Shown piece after piece: positions 10,249 to 19,586 of a stretch of DNA of 64,000 nt (position 1 is its first letter; each line of letters opens with the position of its first letter). The DNA is from a virus, in IMG/VR virus record IMGVR_UViG_3300021141_000001; one strand, given 5' to 3'. Position numbers and translations under genes: made by a program. Under the pieces are notes generated by a model. The model made no database searches. It saw only the letters and a program-made list of their open reading frames with translations, and had not been told where the DNA came from.

Positions 10249-11583
10249 ATGACTCCACAACTGGAAAAAGTATTCTTTAATTTTATACTCAAGAACAAGA
10301 AGTACTTCGATATTGTAAAACCCTATTTTTTCAGAAACTCAGAAATCCAACTTGTATATGGTATTATTCGTGAGTATATGATTAAAGGTAATGATACTCA
10401 AACTCCGACACCTCGTCAGATTTTGGATATGGTTTCTTTAGATGATAAAGAAGGTGTTATTACAAAAGAGATTCTTAAATCTATTCTTCAAGTTGATCTT
10501 AAAGAATATGATGAGAAGAACTTTATCGAACCTAAGTTTAATGCTTGGATATTATCCAATCGTTTGAAAACGGGTACAGTTGATATTATTGACGAAACAA
10601 GAAATCTTGACTCTATTTCAGACTTTGAAAAGGCTGTTGAAGCCGCTGATAGAATTAGAAGTATAGTTGATGAGATGTCATCTACCAATTTTGTACAAGA
10701 CGATGATATGGGTTCTGACTTTGATGATCCTGAAAATCACGTTCAAGACTCCTCTAAATTTAAAGTAAAGTGTGGATTTGAATCTATTGACCATATGTTA
10801 GGTGGTGGTTGGGATATTTCCACATTAAATGTTGTAATGGCTGAGACTAATAACGGTAAGTCTCTCTGGATGCAAAATTTTGCTTTTAAGGCAGCAGATA
10901 TGGGTAACAATGTTCTTTATATTACACTTGAAATGAGTGAAAGAAAAGTTATGAAGAGAATTGGTGCTATGCGTTTAAGAATTCCTATTAATGATTATGA
11001 TGTAATGTCAAAAGACACTGAAATGATTAAGAAAAGAATTCAAAATCTTAGTAAACCAGATGGCAGTGGTGCTGACTTATTTGAAAGAAAAGTTGGTAAA
11101 ATCTACACTAAGTTTTGGGCGGCTGGTACAGCAACAGTAAATGACTTTGATAATTACATACAAAAGTTAAAAGAGAAAAAAGATATTAAAATTGACTTGG
11201 TTATTGTTGATTATATTACTCTTGTTACAGCTGGTAAAGTTGCTGCCGCTGATAACCTTTATACAAAAGGTAAATTTTTAGCAGAGGCTTTAAGAGCTTT
11301 AGGTGCTAAATATAAATGTCCGGTCATTACCGGTGTTCAAGTGGCTAAGGATGCTTGGAATTCAGCTGATATTACATTAGAAAGTGTTCCAGAATCTAAG
11401 GCAATAGCTGAAACTGCTGATACATTTTTTGCTATAATAAGAACAGAAGAAATGAAAAGGCAGAATATTTACAGATTCAAATTATTAAAACAAAGAGATG
11501 GTGATTTCTTAAAATCTCAAATCAAGTTGAATTTGAATTCTACATATCTGACTTTAGAAAACGACCAATTTATAGACCAGTAA
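10249..11583 (+). CDS. dnaB: Replicative helicase, DnaB/T4 gp41-like
   Basis: AETNNGKS Walker A, YITLEM, IVDY Walker B, KQRDG. Confidence 0.88.
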   Translation: MTPQLEKVFFNFILKNKKYFDIVKPYFFRNSEIQLVYGIIREYMIKGNDTQTPTPRQILDMVSLDDKEGVITKEILKSILQVDLKEYDEKNFIEPKFNAWILSNRLKTGTVDIIDETRNLDSISDFEKAVEAADRIRSIVDEMSSTNFVQDDDMGSDFDDPENHVQDSSKFKVKCGFESIDHMLGGGWDISTLNVVMAETNNGKSLWMQNFAFKAADMGNNVLYITLEMSERKVMKRIGAMRLRIPINDYDVMSKDTEMIKKRIQNLSKPDGSGADLFERKVGKIYTKFWAAGTATVNDFDNYIQKLKEKKDIKIDLVIVDYITLVTAGKVAAADNLYTKGKFLAEALRALGAKYKCPVITGVQVAKDAWNSADITLESVPESKAIAETADTFFAIIRTEEMKRQNIYRFKLLKQRDGDFLKSQIKLNLNSTYLTLENDQFIDQ

Positions 11584-11611
11584 TTGGTTTAAAAAAAATT
11601 AAAAAAACTCT

Positions 11612-12586
11612 ATGGCTAAAAAAGTTAGAGATGATGAAGAATTCGATGATATAGAAAATGAATTCGATGAAGAATCAACTGAACAAGAATCAGTACCAGA
11701 AGATGACTCAGATGATAATGATTCTGATGATGAAGAAGGTGGTGGTTTAGGTCTTGATGATGATGATGAGAATATAGACATCATTATTGAGATTGATGAA
11801 GATGATCTTGATATCATTGAACCTGAATCGGAAGTAAAAACAGAAGAACCAGACCCAGATGAAGTTGTTCTTTCTAAACATAAATTAGAAGGTAAACACT
11901 CATTAAAATATGATTCTATTTTCAAAGGTAAAAAAGAAGATCCATTAGATGAAGAAGATGGTACAAGTTCTTTTGACACATATCATAAAGATACAATTGA
12001 AGTAGATAGATCTTCTAACTACTATTTTGAATCAATTGATAATGAAAAATACATAAGGTCTAAACAAGTAAAAGAAAGAGTATATGAAGTTCTTGAAAAA
12101 AATACATCAATTAATTTCTTGAACAATCGTAGAAAACCTTCTAGAACAGACTTTAATCAATACTACAATATTTTGAAAGATAATCTTCAAAGTGAAAGTT
12201 TTACTAATGTAGAATTGTTTAATGAATTAGCTGTTTATTTTTCTGATAATTTATTCAACATGTTTAAATTATTGGATAAAAAATGGAGAAATCTTATAAT
12301 TTTAGAATTACAAGACCATATTGGTAAAAATAATAATTCTAAAGAAATTACAAATAGAAATATTTATGAAGGTACTGAAATTGAATTTCAATGGCTTGAT
12401 GAATTTACAAACCATATGATTACAATAACTGGTGATGTGGTTGAAGTAGATTATGAAAATTCTAAGTTTAAAGTAAACTCATATGAAAGAATTTATGAAG
12501 TTAAATTAGAAATGATTAGTAAAATACTTAATAACACCAAGTTTAAGTATAATTTAAATAAACTTAATAATATTGATTTTCTATAA
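11612..12586 (+). CDS. Hypothetical protein with highly acidic N-terminus
   Basis: First ~85 aa dominated by D/E. Confidence 0.7.
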   Translation: MAKKVRDDEEFDDIENEFDEESTEQESVPEDDSDDNDSDDEEGGGLGLDDDDENIDIIIEIDEDDLDIIEPESEVKTEEPDPDEVVLSKHKLEGKHSLKYDSIFKGKKEDPLDEEDGTSSFDTYHKDTIEVDRSSNYYFESIDNEKYIRSKQVKERVYEVLEKNTSINFLNNRRKPSRTDFNQYYNILKDNLQSESFTNVELFNELAVYFSDNLFNMFKLLDKKWRNLIILELQDHIGKNNNSKEITNRNIYEGTEIEFQWLDEFTNHMITITGDVVEVDYENSKFKVNSYERIYEVKLEMISKILNNTKFKYNLNKLNNIDFL

Positions 12587-12685
12587 TTTTTCTGAGCAGT
12601 ATAAAAAACCTCAAAAAATTAAAATTTTAGATTTTTCAGTAAAAAAATGAACCAATATATAAAAGACAAAAAAATTAAATAAAAT

Positions 12686-15232
12686 ATGAATATAAAAGTA
12701 GTAAAAAGAAATGGGAAGAAAGAACCGGTAATGTTAGATAAAATCTTAGATAGAATCACTCAACAAACATATGGTTTAGACAAGTTAATTATTCCTTTTG
12801 AGGTGGCTCAAAAAGTAATTGAAGGTATTATGCCGGATATTAAAACACAAGTTTTGGACCAATTGGCAATGGAAACAGCAGCATCATTGGCAACTAAGCA
12901 TCCAGACTATTCTATATTAGCGGCTCGATTAGCAATCACAAACTTACACAAAGAAACTAAGAAAAGTTTTTCAGAAACTGTTACGGATTTGTATAAGTAT
13001 ATTGATCCAAAAACTGGTAAACATTCACCAATTGTTTCTGAATCATTTTATAGAATTGTTAAAAGACATGCTGATGAGATTGATTCGGCAATTGTTCACT
13101 CAAGAGACCATAACTTTGATTACTTTGGTTTCAAAACATTAGAGAAATCTTATCTTTTGAAATTAGATGGTAAAGTTGCTGAACGTCCTCAATATATGTA
13201 TATGAGAACAGCTCTTCAAGTATGGGGTGAGAATTTAGAAAAAGTTATTGAAACTTATAATACACTTTCAGAAGGATATTATACTCACGCAACTCCAACT
13301 TTATTTAATTCTGGTACAGGTAGACCACAATTATCATCTTGTTTCTTATTAGATTTAGAGTCTGATTCTATTGAAGGTATCTTTAATACTCTTAAAGAAT
13401 CTGCTCAAATTTCTAAGAATGCTGGTGGTATTGGTATTTCTTTCACTAAAGTTAGATCTAAAGGAACTTACATTGCTGGTACTAACGGTACTTCAAATGG
13501 TATTATTCCTTTCTTGAAAATCTTTAATGAAACAGCAAGAGCCGTTGACCAAGGTGGTGGTAAACGTAAAGGTTCAATTGCTATTTATATGGAGCCTTGG
13601 CATTCAGACATTATGGAATTCTTGGATCTTCGTAAAAACCAAGGTAAAGATGAAGTTCGTGCTCGTGATTTATTCTTGGCTATGTGGATGAATGACTTGT
13701 TCATGGAAAGAGTTGAACTTGATGAAGATTGGACTTTGATGTGTCCTCATGAGTGTTCTGGTTTAACAGAAACTTATGGTCAAGAATTCAGAGAACTTTA
13801 TACTAAATATGAAAATTTAGGAAAAGGTAAAAGAACTCTTAAAGCAAGAGAAGTTTGGAATAAAATTCTTGAATCTCAAATTGAAACAGGAACTCCTTAT
13901 ATTCTTTATAAAGATTCTATCAATGAGAAATCAAACCAAGCTAACATTGGTGTAGTTAGAAGTTCTAACTTATGTGCTGAAATCGTTGAAGCTACTGGTA
14001 TCACAAAAACTCAAGGTGAGATTTTGAAAAACAAAGAGTTACTTACTAAATTAGGATTAAGTGAGTTCTATGGCGAAGAATCAGTAAATGAAACTGCTGT
14101 TTGTAACTTGGCTTCAATCGCTTTGCCTAAGTTCATTAACAAAAACAAAACTTACAACTTCAATAAGTTATATGAAGTGGCTTATGCGGCTACAATTAAC
14201 TTAAACAATGTAATTGATGTTAATTTTTATCCATCACCTGCTGCTAAGTTCTCTAACTTATTACACAGACCAATTGGATTAGGTGTTCAAGGTTTAGCTG
14301 ATGTGTTCTTTATGTTAGGTTTACCTTATGAATCAGAAGAAGCTAAATCAATAAACAAAGAAATCTTTGAAACTATTTACTATGCTTCGATTAAAGCTTC
14401 TTGTGACTTAGCCAAAACTGAGGGTGCTTATGCTACTTATGAAGGTTCACCTATCTCTAAAGGTAAATTACAATTCGACCTATGGGCTGTTACTCCAACT
14501 AAGAGATGGGATTGGGATAAATTAAGAGAAGATATTAAAAAGTATGGTGTTAGAAATTCTTTAACAACTTGTATCATGCCAACTGCTTCTACAGCATCTA
14601 TTTTAGGTAATGAAGCATCTTGTGAAGCTCAAACTTCAAATATGTACACTCGTTCAGTTTTATCTGGTACTTTTATCTTAGTAAACAAATACTTAGTTAA
14701 AGAATTAGTTAAGTTAAACTTGTGGGGTGATACTTTAAGAAAGAAAATTATCAATGAGAATGGATCTATTCAGAATATACCTGAGGTTCCAACTAACTTA
14801 AAAGAAGTTTACAAAACAGTTTATGAAATTAAGCAAAGAGATGTTATTGATATGGCGGCTGATAGAGGTGCCTTTATTGACCAAACACAATCAATGAATA
14901 TCTTTATGGACTCTCCAAACTTTGCGAAGTTAACAGCCATGCATTTTTATGGTTGGGGAAGAAGAAACTTCATTATGAACGCTGATGGTACTCCTAATGT
15001 TCCTCAAGGTGAAACTATTGAAGTTATTTATGATAAAGATGGTAAACCAAGATGTTACCGTGATAAGAAATCAAATCTTAAAACAGGTATCTACTACTTG
15101 AGAAATAAAGCAGCATCTGATGCTGTTAAGTTCACAGTACAAGAAGAACAAAAGAAATCTGTTGACGAACAAATGGCTGAAATTAGTTGTTCACTTGATA
15201 ATCCAGATGATTGTTTAGCTTGTGGTTCTTAA
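12686..15232 (+). CDS. nrdA: Ribonucleotide reductase class Ia alpha subunit with ATP cone
   Basis: VVKRNG ATP cone, ATPTLFN, SSCF, SNLCAE, VCNLAS, PTAST, YY, C-terminal CxxC. Confidence 0.97.
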   Translation: MNIKVVKRNGKKEPVMLDKILDRITQQTYGLDKLIIPFEVAQKVIEGIMPDIKTQVLDQLAMETAASLATKHPDYSILAARLAITNLHKETKKSFSETVTDLYKYIDPKTGKHSPIVSESFYRIVKRHADEIDSAIVHSRDHNFDYFGFKTLEKSYLLKLDGKVAERPQYMYMRTALQVWGENLEKVIETYNTLSEGYYTHATPTLFNSGTGRPQLSSCFLLDLESDSIEGIFNTLKESAQISKNAGGIGISFTKVRSKGTYIAGTNGTSNGIIPFLKIFNETARAVDQGGGKRKGSIAIYMEPWHSDIMEFLDLRKNQGKDEVRARDLFLAMWMNDLFMERVELDEDWTLMCPHECSGLTETYGQEFRELYTKYENLGKGKRTLKAREVWNKILESQIETGTPYILYKDSINEKSNQANIGVVRSSNLCAEIVEATGITKTQGEILKNKELLTKLGLSEFYGEESVNETAVCNLASIALPKFINKNKTYNFNKLYEVAYAATINLNNVIDVNFYPSPAAKFSNLLHRPIGLGVQGLADVFFMLGLPYESEEAKSINKEIFETIYYASIKASCDLAKTEGAYATYEGSPISKGKLQFDLWAVTPTKRWDWDKLREDIKKYGVRNSLTTCIMPTASTASILGNEASCEAQTSNMYTRSVLSGTFILVNKYLVKELVKLNLWGDTLRKKIINENGSIQNIPEVPTNLKEVYKTVYEIKQRDVIDMAADRGAFIDQTQSMNIFMDSPNFAKLTAMHFYGWGRRNFIMNADGTPNVPQGETIEVIYDKDGKPRCYRDKKSNLKTGIYYLRNKAASDAVKFTVQEEQKKSVDEQMAEISCSLDNPDDCLACGS

Positions 15233-15248
15233 TCACTAAATAATATTG

Positions 15249-15279
15249 AAAAGGGATTGTGTGAACAATCCCTTTTTTT
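15249..15279 (+). terminator. Intrinsic terminator after nrdA
   Basis: AAAAGGGATTGT-GTGA-ACAATCCCTTTT plus T run. Confidence 0.8.
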
Positions 15280-15308
15280 ATTATATAAATAAAAAGAAAA
15301 TTATTTTT

Positions 15309-15953
15309 ATGAATAAAATTGAGATAGAAGAAAAATTAGATAGAGGTTGGGTAATTGAGTTGATATCTAATGGATATACAACTTATGATATAGTTAATGA
15401 ATATGAATTAAATGAAGATACTATTTTAGAATGTACAGATCTTTTAGATAAAGAAGTACTTATACAAGGATTGAGTTTTTCTGAAGATTTTATAAACAAG
15501 GCACTAGAATTGGAATATTTTAACAATGAAGATATCTATGAATTGAATATGACTACCTATTCTAATTTATCTGATGAATTTATTACTGAATATAAAGAAA
15601 ATATAAATTGGGATAGAATGATACTTTATATCTCTACTCAATCAGATTCATTTGATAACCATACTAAAGTTATTGAAGATAAAAATCTTTGGTCTATTAT
15701 TAGTGCCAATGATTTATCAATTGATTTTATTAGACAATGGAAAGACAAATTAGATTGGTCTTACTTATCAATGGTTAAGTCATTTACTGATGAAGAAAAG
15801 TTAGAATTTGATAACTATATTATGACACCTGTTCAACAAGAACTACCTGGAGACTTAATAAATACTGATGATTTGAAAGTTACTGATAAAATGTCTGATG
15901 AAGAATTAGAAAACTTAATTGAGGAAATTTCAAAACATTTTGGAAAGTATTAG
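15309..15953 (+). CDS. Tryptophan-repeat-like protein
   Basis: Repeats LSxxFIxxxKxxI/LxW; ATG at 15309 preferred over track TTG, which overlaps the terminator. Confidence 0.6.
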   Translation: MNKIEIEEKLDRGWVIELISNGYTTYDIVNEYELNEDTILECTDLLDKEVLIQGLSFSEDFINKALELEYFNNEDIYELNMTTYSNLSDEFITEYKENINWDRMILYISTQSDSFDNHTKVIEDKNLWSIISANDLSIDFIRQWKDKLDWSYLSMVKSFTDEEKLEFDNYIMTPVQQELPGDLINTDDLKVTDKMSDEELENLIEEISKHFGKY

Positions 15954-15970
15954 TATAACTACTATCTTTG
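15939..15970 (+). promoter_or_regulatory. Bacteroidota sigmaA-type promoter upstream of ncRNA/Ro60 locus
   Basis: TTTG-N20-TATCTTTG. Confidence 0.65.
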
Positions 15971-16108
15971 TAGAACTATAAACAATCCACCTTTGAAAAA
16001 AACGAAATTTTAGAGGTTGATATATACTAAACAAATTAAAAAAAACTTTTTTGAAGAAAATTAAAACTTTTTGATTTTCTGATATAAAAGAAAGACAATT
16101 AAAATACT

Positions 16109-16171
16109 CCAGTAGTGAATTAGAGAGTTACTTCGGTTCAGAAAAAAACACTCTTTGATAGCTTACTCTGG
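16109..16171 (+). ncRNA. Candidate Y-like RNA 1 (63 nt)
   Basis: CCAG/CTGG, bulged T, AGTGA/TTACT, 3-nt 3' bulge AGC, 10-bp ATTAGAGAGT/ACTCTTTGAT stem, loop starts TACTTCG; upstream of Ro60. Confidence 0.65.
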
Positions 16172-16186
16172 TCAACATAATTAAAA

Positions 16187-16448
16187 CGCAAGCATAGCGA
16201 TAGTTTGAGATACTTCGATAAATATCAATTAAACTATGACAGCCAAAGTGCCTAGCAACAGCGAAGCTACCTTACAAGAACATTAAGATTCTTGACCAAG
16301 GTGAAAAAGTTTGGAAAGTACCACATTAAGGACTAAGGAATTCAGAAACTTCCTTTAAATAAAGAACTGAGTGATATGGTCACTACAACTATAGGCAAAG
16401 TTTCGGGAGAATTCTTTGTAACGCTTAGGCTAAATTTACTTGTTTGCG
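16187..16448 (+). ncRNA. Candidate Y-like RNA 2 (262 nt)
   Basis: CGCAAGCA/TGTTTGCG, bulged T, AGCGA/TTACT, 3-nt bulge AAT, TAGTTTGAG/CTTAGGCTA stem, TACTTCG, multi-hairpin interior. Confidence 0.65.
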
Positions 16449-16458
16449 ATAATTATAT

Positions 16459-16495
16459 AAGACCAGATTAACAGAAATGTTATCTGGTCTTTTTT
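16459..16495 (+). terminator. Intrinsic terminator between ncRNAs and Ro60
   Basis: GACCAGA-T-TAACA-GAAA-TGTTA-TCTGGTC followed by T6. Confidence 0.8.
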
Positions 16496-16528
16496 ATTTA
16501 AAATAAATTAAAAATTAAAATATAAATT

Positions 16529-17980
16529 ATGTCAAAATTTAACACAACAATGCCAAAGGCAAAGACTTTAACTGAAAACCTAGCAGGTGGACAAGCTTAT
16601 TCTGAATCAAACGAGTTAGCACTTGTATCACTATTATTAACATCATTTGTTAATGATCAGTTCTATAGAAATGCTCAAACGTCATTAGATGAATTGAGAA
16701 AGCTTTCTGAGAAAGTAAAGGATAAAGAATTTGTTGCTAAGGCGGCTATCTTTGCTCGTGACCGTTTCGGTATGAGAAGTATTACTCATGCTCTTGCTGG
16801 TGAATTAACTTCACAACTATCGGGTGCCGAGTGGGGTAAAAACTTCTATGACAAAGTAGTTGTTCGTGTTGATGATATGACAGAAATCATGTCATACTAC
16901 TTGGCTTACAAGACATCTAAAGATAGTCCTAAGTTTCCAAATGCTTTGAAGAAAGGATTCGCTAAAGCTTTTGATAAGTTTGATGGTTACCAATTGGCTA
17001 AGTACAAAGGTGATAACAAAGAAGTAAAACTTGTTGACTTGGTTAACATTGTTCACCCAATTCCAACTGTTAGAAATAAAGCGGCTCTTGAGTCACTTGT
17101 TAAAGGTGAGTTGAAAAACACTCAAACTTGGGAGTCTATGTTATCTCAAGCTGGTCAAGTAGCTGAGTCTGAAGAAGACTTGACTAAATTGAAAGCTGAT
17201 GCTTGGTCAGAATTGATTTCTACTAAAAAGATTGGTTACTTTGCGCTTCTTAGAAACTTGAGAAATATCATTACTCAATCTCCAACTGCTGTTAGTTCAG
17301 CTTGTGAAATGTTAGTTGATGAAAGATTGATTAAGAGCTCAAGAGTTCTTCCATTCCGTTTCTCAACTGCTTATGAAGAAATCAGTAAGATTGGTTCTTC
17401 TAAAGACGTAAGAGACGTTCTTATGGCAATTGGTCAAGCACTTGATATTTCTGTTGCTAACGTACCAGTATTTGATGGTGAGACACTTGTTGTTATGGAC
17501 GTTTCTGGTTCTATGTCGGGTAAGCCATCTGAGATTGCTTCATTGTTTGGTGCTATCTTGGCTAAAGTTAATAACTGTGATGTTATGACTTTCTCTACTG
17601 ATGCTAAGTATATGTCTTACAATCCAATGGATTCTGTAATGACTATTAGAAATAGTTTCAGATTCTCAGGTGGTGGTACCAATTTCAAAGCCATCTTTGA
17701 TAGAGCTAACAAGAAGTATGACAGAGTTATTATCTTGTCAGACATGCAAGGTTGGATGGGTTATACAACTCCATCTGCTGAGTTCTCTAAGTACAAGAGT
17801 AAGTTTGGTGCTAACCCATACGTTTACTCTTGGGATCTTGCTGGAATGGGTACTTTACAGTTCCCTGAACAAAATGTCTTCGCTTTAGCTGGCTTCAGCG
17901 ATAAAGTTTTTGACATCATGAAAATGATGGAGTTAGACAAGAAAGCTCTTTACAATGAGATTAAGGCTATCAAGCTTTAA
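16529..17980 (+). CDS. rsr: Ro60/Rsr RNA-binding protein (TROVE + vWA)
   Basis: NLAGG start, YQLAKY, TWE, ALLRNLRN, RVLPFRF, vWA MIDAS DVSGSM, GGT, ILSDMQ. Confidence 0.92.
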   Translation: MSKFNTTMPKAKTLTENLAGGQAYSESNELALVSLLLTSFVNDQFYRNAQTSLDELRKLSEKVKDKEFVAKAAIFARDRFGMRSITHALAGELTSQLSGAEWGKNFYDKVVVRVDDMTEIMSYYLAYKTSKDSPKFPNALKKGFAKAFDKFDGYQLAKYKGDNKEVKLVDLVNIVHPIPTVRNKAALESLVKGELKNTQTWESMLSQAGQVAESEEDLTKLKADAWSELISTKKIGYFALLRNLRNIITQSPTAVSSACEMLVDERLIKSSRVLPFRFSTAYEEISKIGSSKDVRDVLMAIGQALDISVANVPVFDGETLVVMDVSGSMSGKPSEIASLFGAILAKVNNCDVMTFSTDAKYMSYNPMDSVMTIRNSFRFSGGGTNFKAIFDRANKKYDRVIILSDMQGWMGYTTPSAEFSKYKSKFGANPYVYSWDLAGMGTLQFPEQNVFALAGFSDKVFDIMKMMELDKKALYNEIKAIKL

Positions 17981-17988
17981 TTAAACTA

Positions 17989-18014
17989 AAAACCCACTCA
18001 TTTGAGTGGGTTTT
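17989..18014. terminator. Bidirectional terminator, CCCAC family
   Basis: Identical 26-mer to 8691-8716. Confidence 0.8.
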
Positions 18015-18015
18015 T

Positions 18016-18738
18016 TTATTCGTCTCTAAAAGTATAAGCGTCTATAGAATTAGCAATTTCATCCTCATCTATAGTGAATTGTTTAGTCTTCATATTATAT
18101 GAAGCCACTCCATATAAATCATCACCTAGAAATACACCAACTTCAATATATTCCTCATCATCAGTTGTGTCCATATATCTATCAAAGTCTATATTATCTT
18201 CTTTATAGATTTGTCTTAATCTTTTTAGACCATCTAAGTATTCTTTATCTTGAGATGTTTTGTAAATATCAAATGTATCTTTTAGTTCTTTTGTACTTAT
18301 CTCATCACTTATAAATGATATAGAAAAAGTGTGAATAACTCTTTCGTGTCCTGTTGTTTTATCTAACCAATACTCATTTTTTTCAAGTTTTAATTCTTCC
18401 GCTTCAACTCTATCTATCATTTCATCTACAGATATCTTAATAGTATTTAGATTATCAAGAACTTTATTAAAATCATTTTTACCTGGTATCAAACTGTATT
18501 GAATTTGACAAGTATAAAGTAATCTATATTTTTCATTATCATCAACTTCAGTATTAACGGCGTGACCCTTTGTATCAATTAGATATCTATAGTTACTAAC
18601 TCTAGCAAATTGTTTAACATCAAATAAACTATCATTAAATATATCAGTTGAAATAGCCTTAGATGTTAAGAAGTCCGAATATTGTTGAGATGTTCCAAAA
18701 GACTCTTTAATAAAGTCGTTATACTTTTTAAGTTTCAT
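18016..18738 (-). CDS. Hypothetical protein with capsid-targeting-like N-terminus
   Basis: MKLKKYNDFIKES; TAATATATA 4 nt before ATG. Confidence 0.7.
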   Translation of the reverse strand: MKLKKYNDFIKESFGTSQQYSDFLTSKAISTDIFNDSLFDVKQFARVSNYRYLIDTKGHAVNTEVDDNEKYRLLYTCQIQYSLIPGKNDFNKVLDNLNTIKISVDEMIDRVEAEELKLEKNEYWLDKTTGHERVIHTFSISFISDEISTKELKDTFDIYKTSQDKEYLDGLKRLRQIYKEDNIDFDRYMDTTDDEEYIEVGVFLGDDLYGVASYNMKTKQFTIDEDEIANSIDAYTFRDE

Positions 18739-18752
18739 ATAATATATATTAA

Positions 18753-19523
18753 TTACTTCCAGATTTTTTCTAGATCTATCTTTGAGTTAATTTCAATTAT
18801 TTTATTTCCTCTTTTAAGAGAATACTTTTGAATTGGTTGAAACATTTTAATTACTTTTCTAACTTTTTTAGAATCAGATTCTTCTATATCGTAATTAAAT
18901 ATTTGAATTAAATTATCTATTTCATTAAAATTAACACTTCTTTTATTTCCTAGAAAGAATATAAAGTCATAGTTGAATTCATTATACTTAGCAACATCAT
19001 AGTCATCTGATTTGTCTATTAGATAATTTGTAACACAGTTTTCAACACCAATTGATGGTAGGCTGAATTTGAAATCTTCTATAATAAATTCTTTAGAATC
19101 TTTATTATAATGTTCCATTACTTCTTCTGAAAGTCTAAAGTAATTAAAATAATTAGATGAGAATTCTATAATTTTTTCTTCACCTAATTCATCATCAAAG
19201 TAAGTTAATTTTACTGCCTTACCTTTTGTAAATCTAACTATTTCTAAAAATATAAAAACAACATCAATACTTTTGATGTCGTTGAAATTGTAGCCAGTTG
19301 AGAACATAGTATTTTTCTCAACAATTTTTTTAAGTTTAGTAATAACTAAGCCTAAGTCATCTTTAATATAATCGTGTTCATATTCAATGATGTCACCAAC
19401 ATCAGCTTTTTTAATAATGATTTCAAAGTCATTATTATAGAATAAACCTTGAGAAGGAAGAGATTTAATATCTACTTTTTTTTGAAGGTTTAATAACCCT
19501 TTTAATAAATTTACTAAGTTCAT
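18753..19523 (-). CDS. Putative baseplate hub assembly protein (T4 gp26-like)
   Basis: LPSQGLFY motif near N-terminus, size, late motif upstream. Confidence 0.5.
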   Translation of the reverse strand: MNLVNLLKGLLNLQKKVDIKSLPSQGLFYNNDFEIIIKKADVGDIIEYEHDYIKDDLGLVITKLKKIVEKNTMFSTGYNFNDIKSIDVVFIFLEIVRFTKGKAVKLTYFDDELGEEKIIEFSSNYFNYFRLSEEVMEHYNKDSKEFIIEDFKFSLPSIGVENCVTNYLIDKSDDYDVAKYNEFNYDFIFFLGNKRSVNFNEIDNLIQIFNYDIEESDSKKVRKVIKMFQPIQKYSLKRGNKIIEINSKIDLEKIWK

Positions 19524-19586
19524 ATTTCACTGGTTATTTTTTATTATATATTATTTTCACGAAGGTCATGTTGTCGAATATATACT

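Noticed and set aside
13980-15080. Inteins or introns in nrdA
   Set aside because: Insertions are only about 30-35 aa, in frame, with no Cys/Ser start and His-Asn end.
16236-16286. 16-codon ORF MTAKVPSNSEATLQEH inside RNA2 (leader peptide or tmRNA-like tag)
   Set aside because: Short enough to arise by chance, and no tmRNA acceptor/T-arm or typical Ala-Ala tag end; cannot be supported without ribosome profiling.
16109-16448. Canonical tRNA or YrlA in the Ro60 upstream region
   Set aside because: No cloverleaf and no stem-enclosed TTCRAAT loop; GGTTCAGA in RNA1 lacks a flanking T stem.
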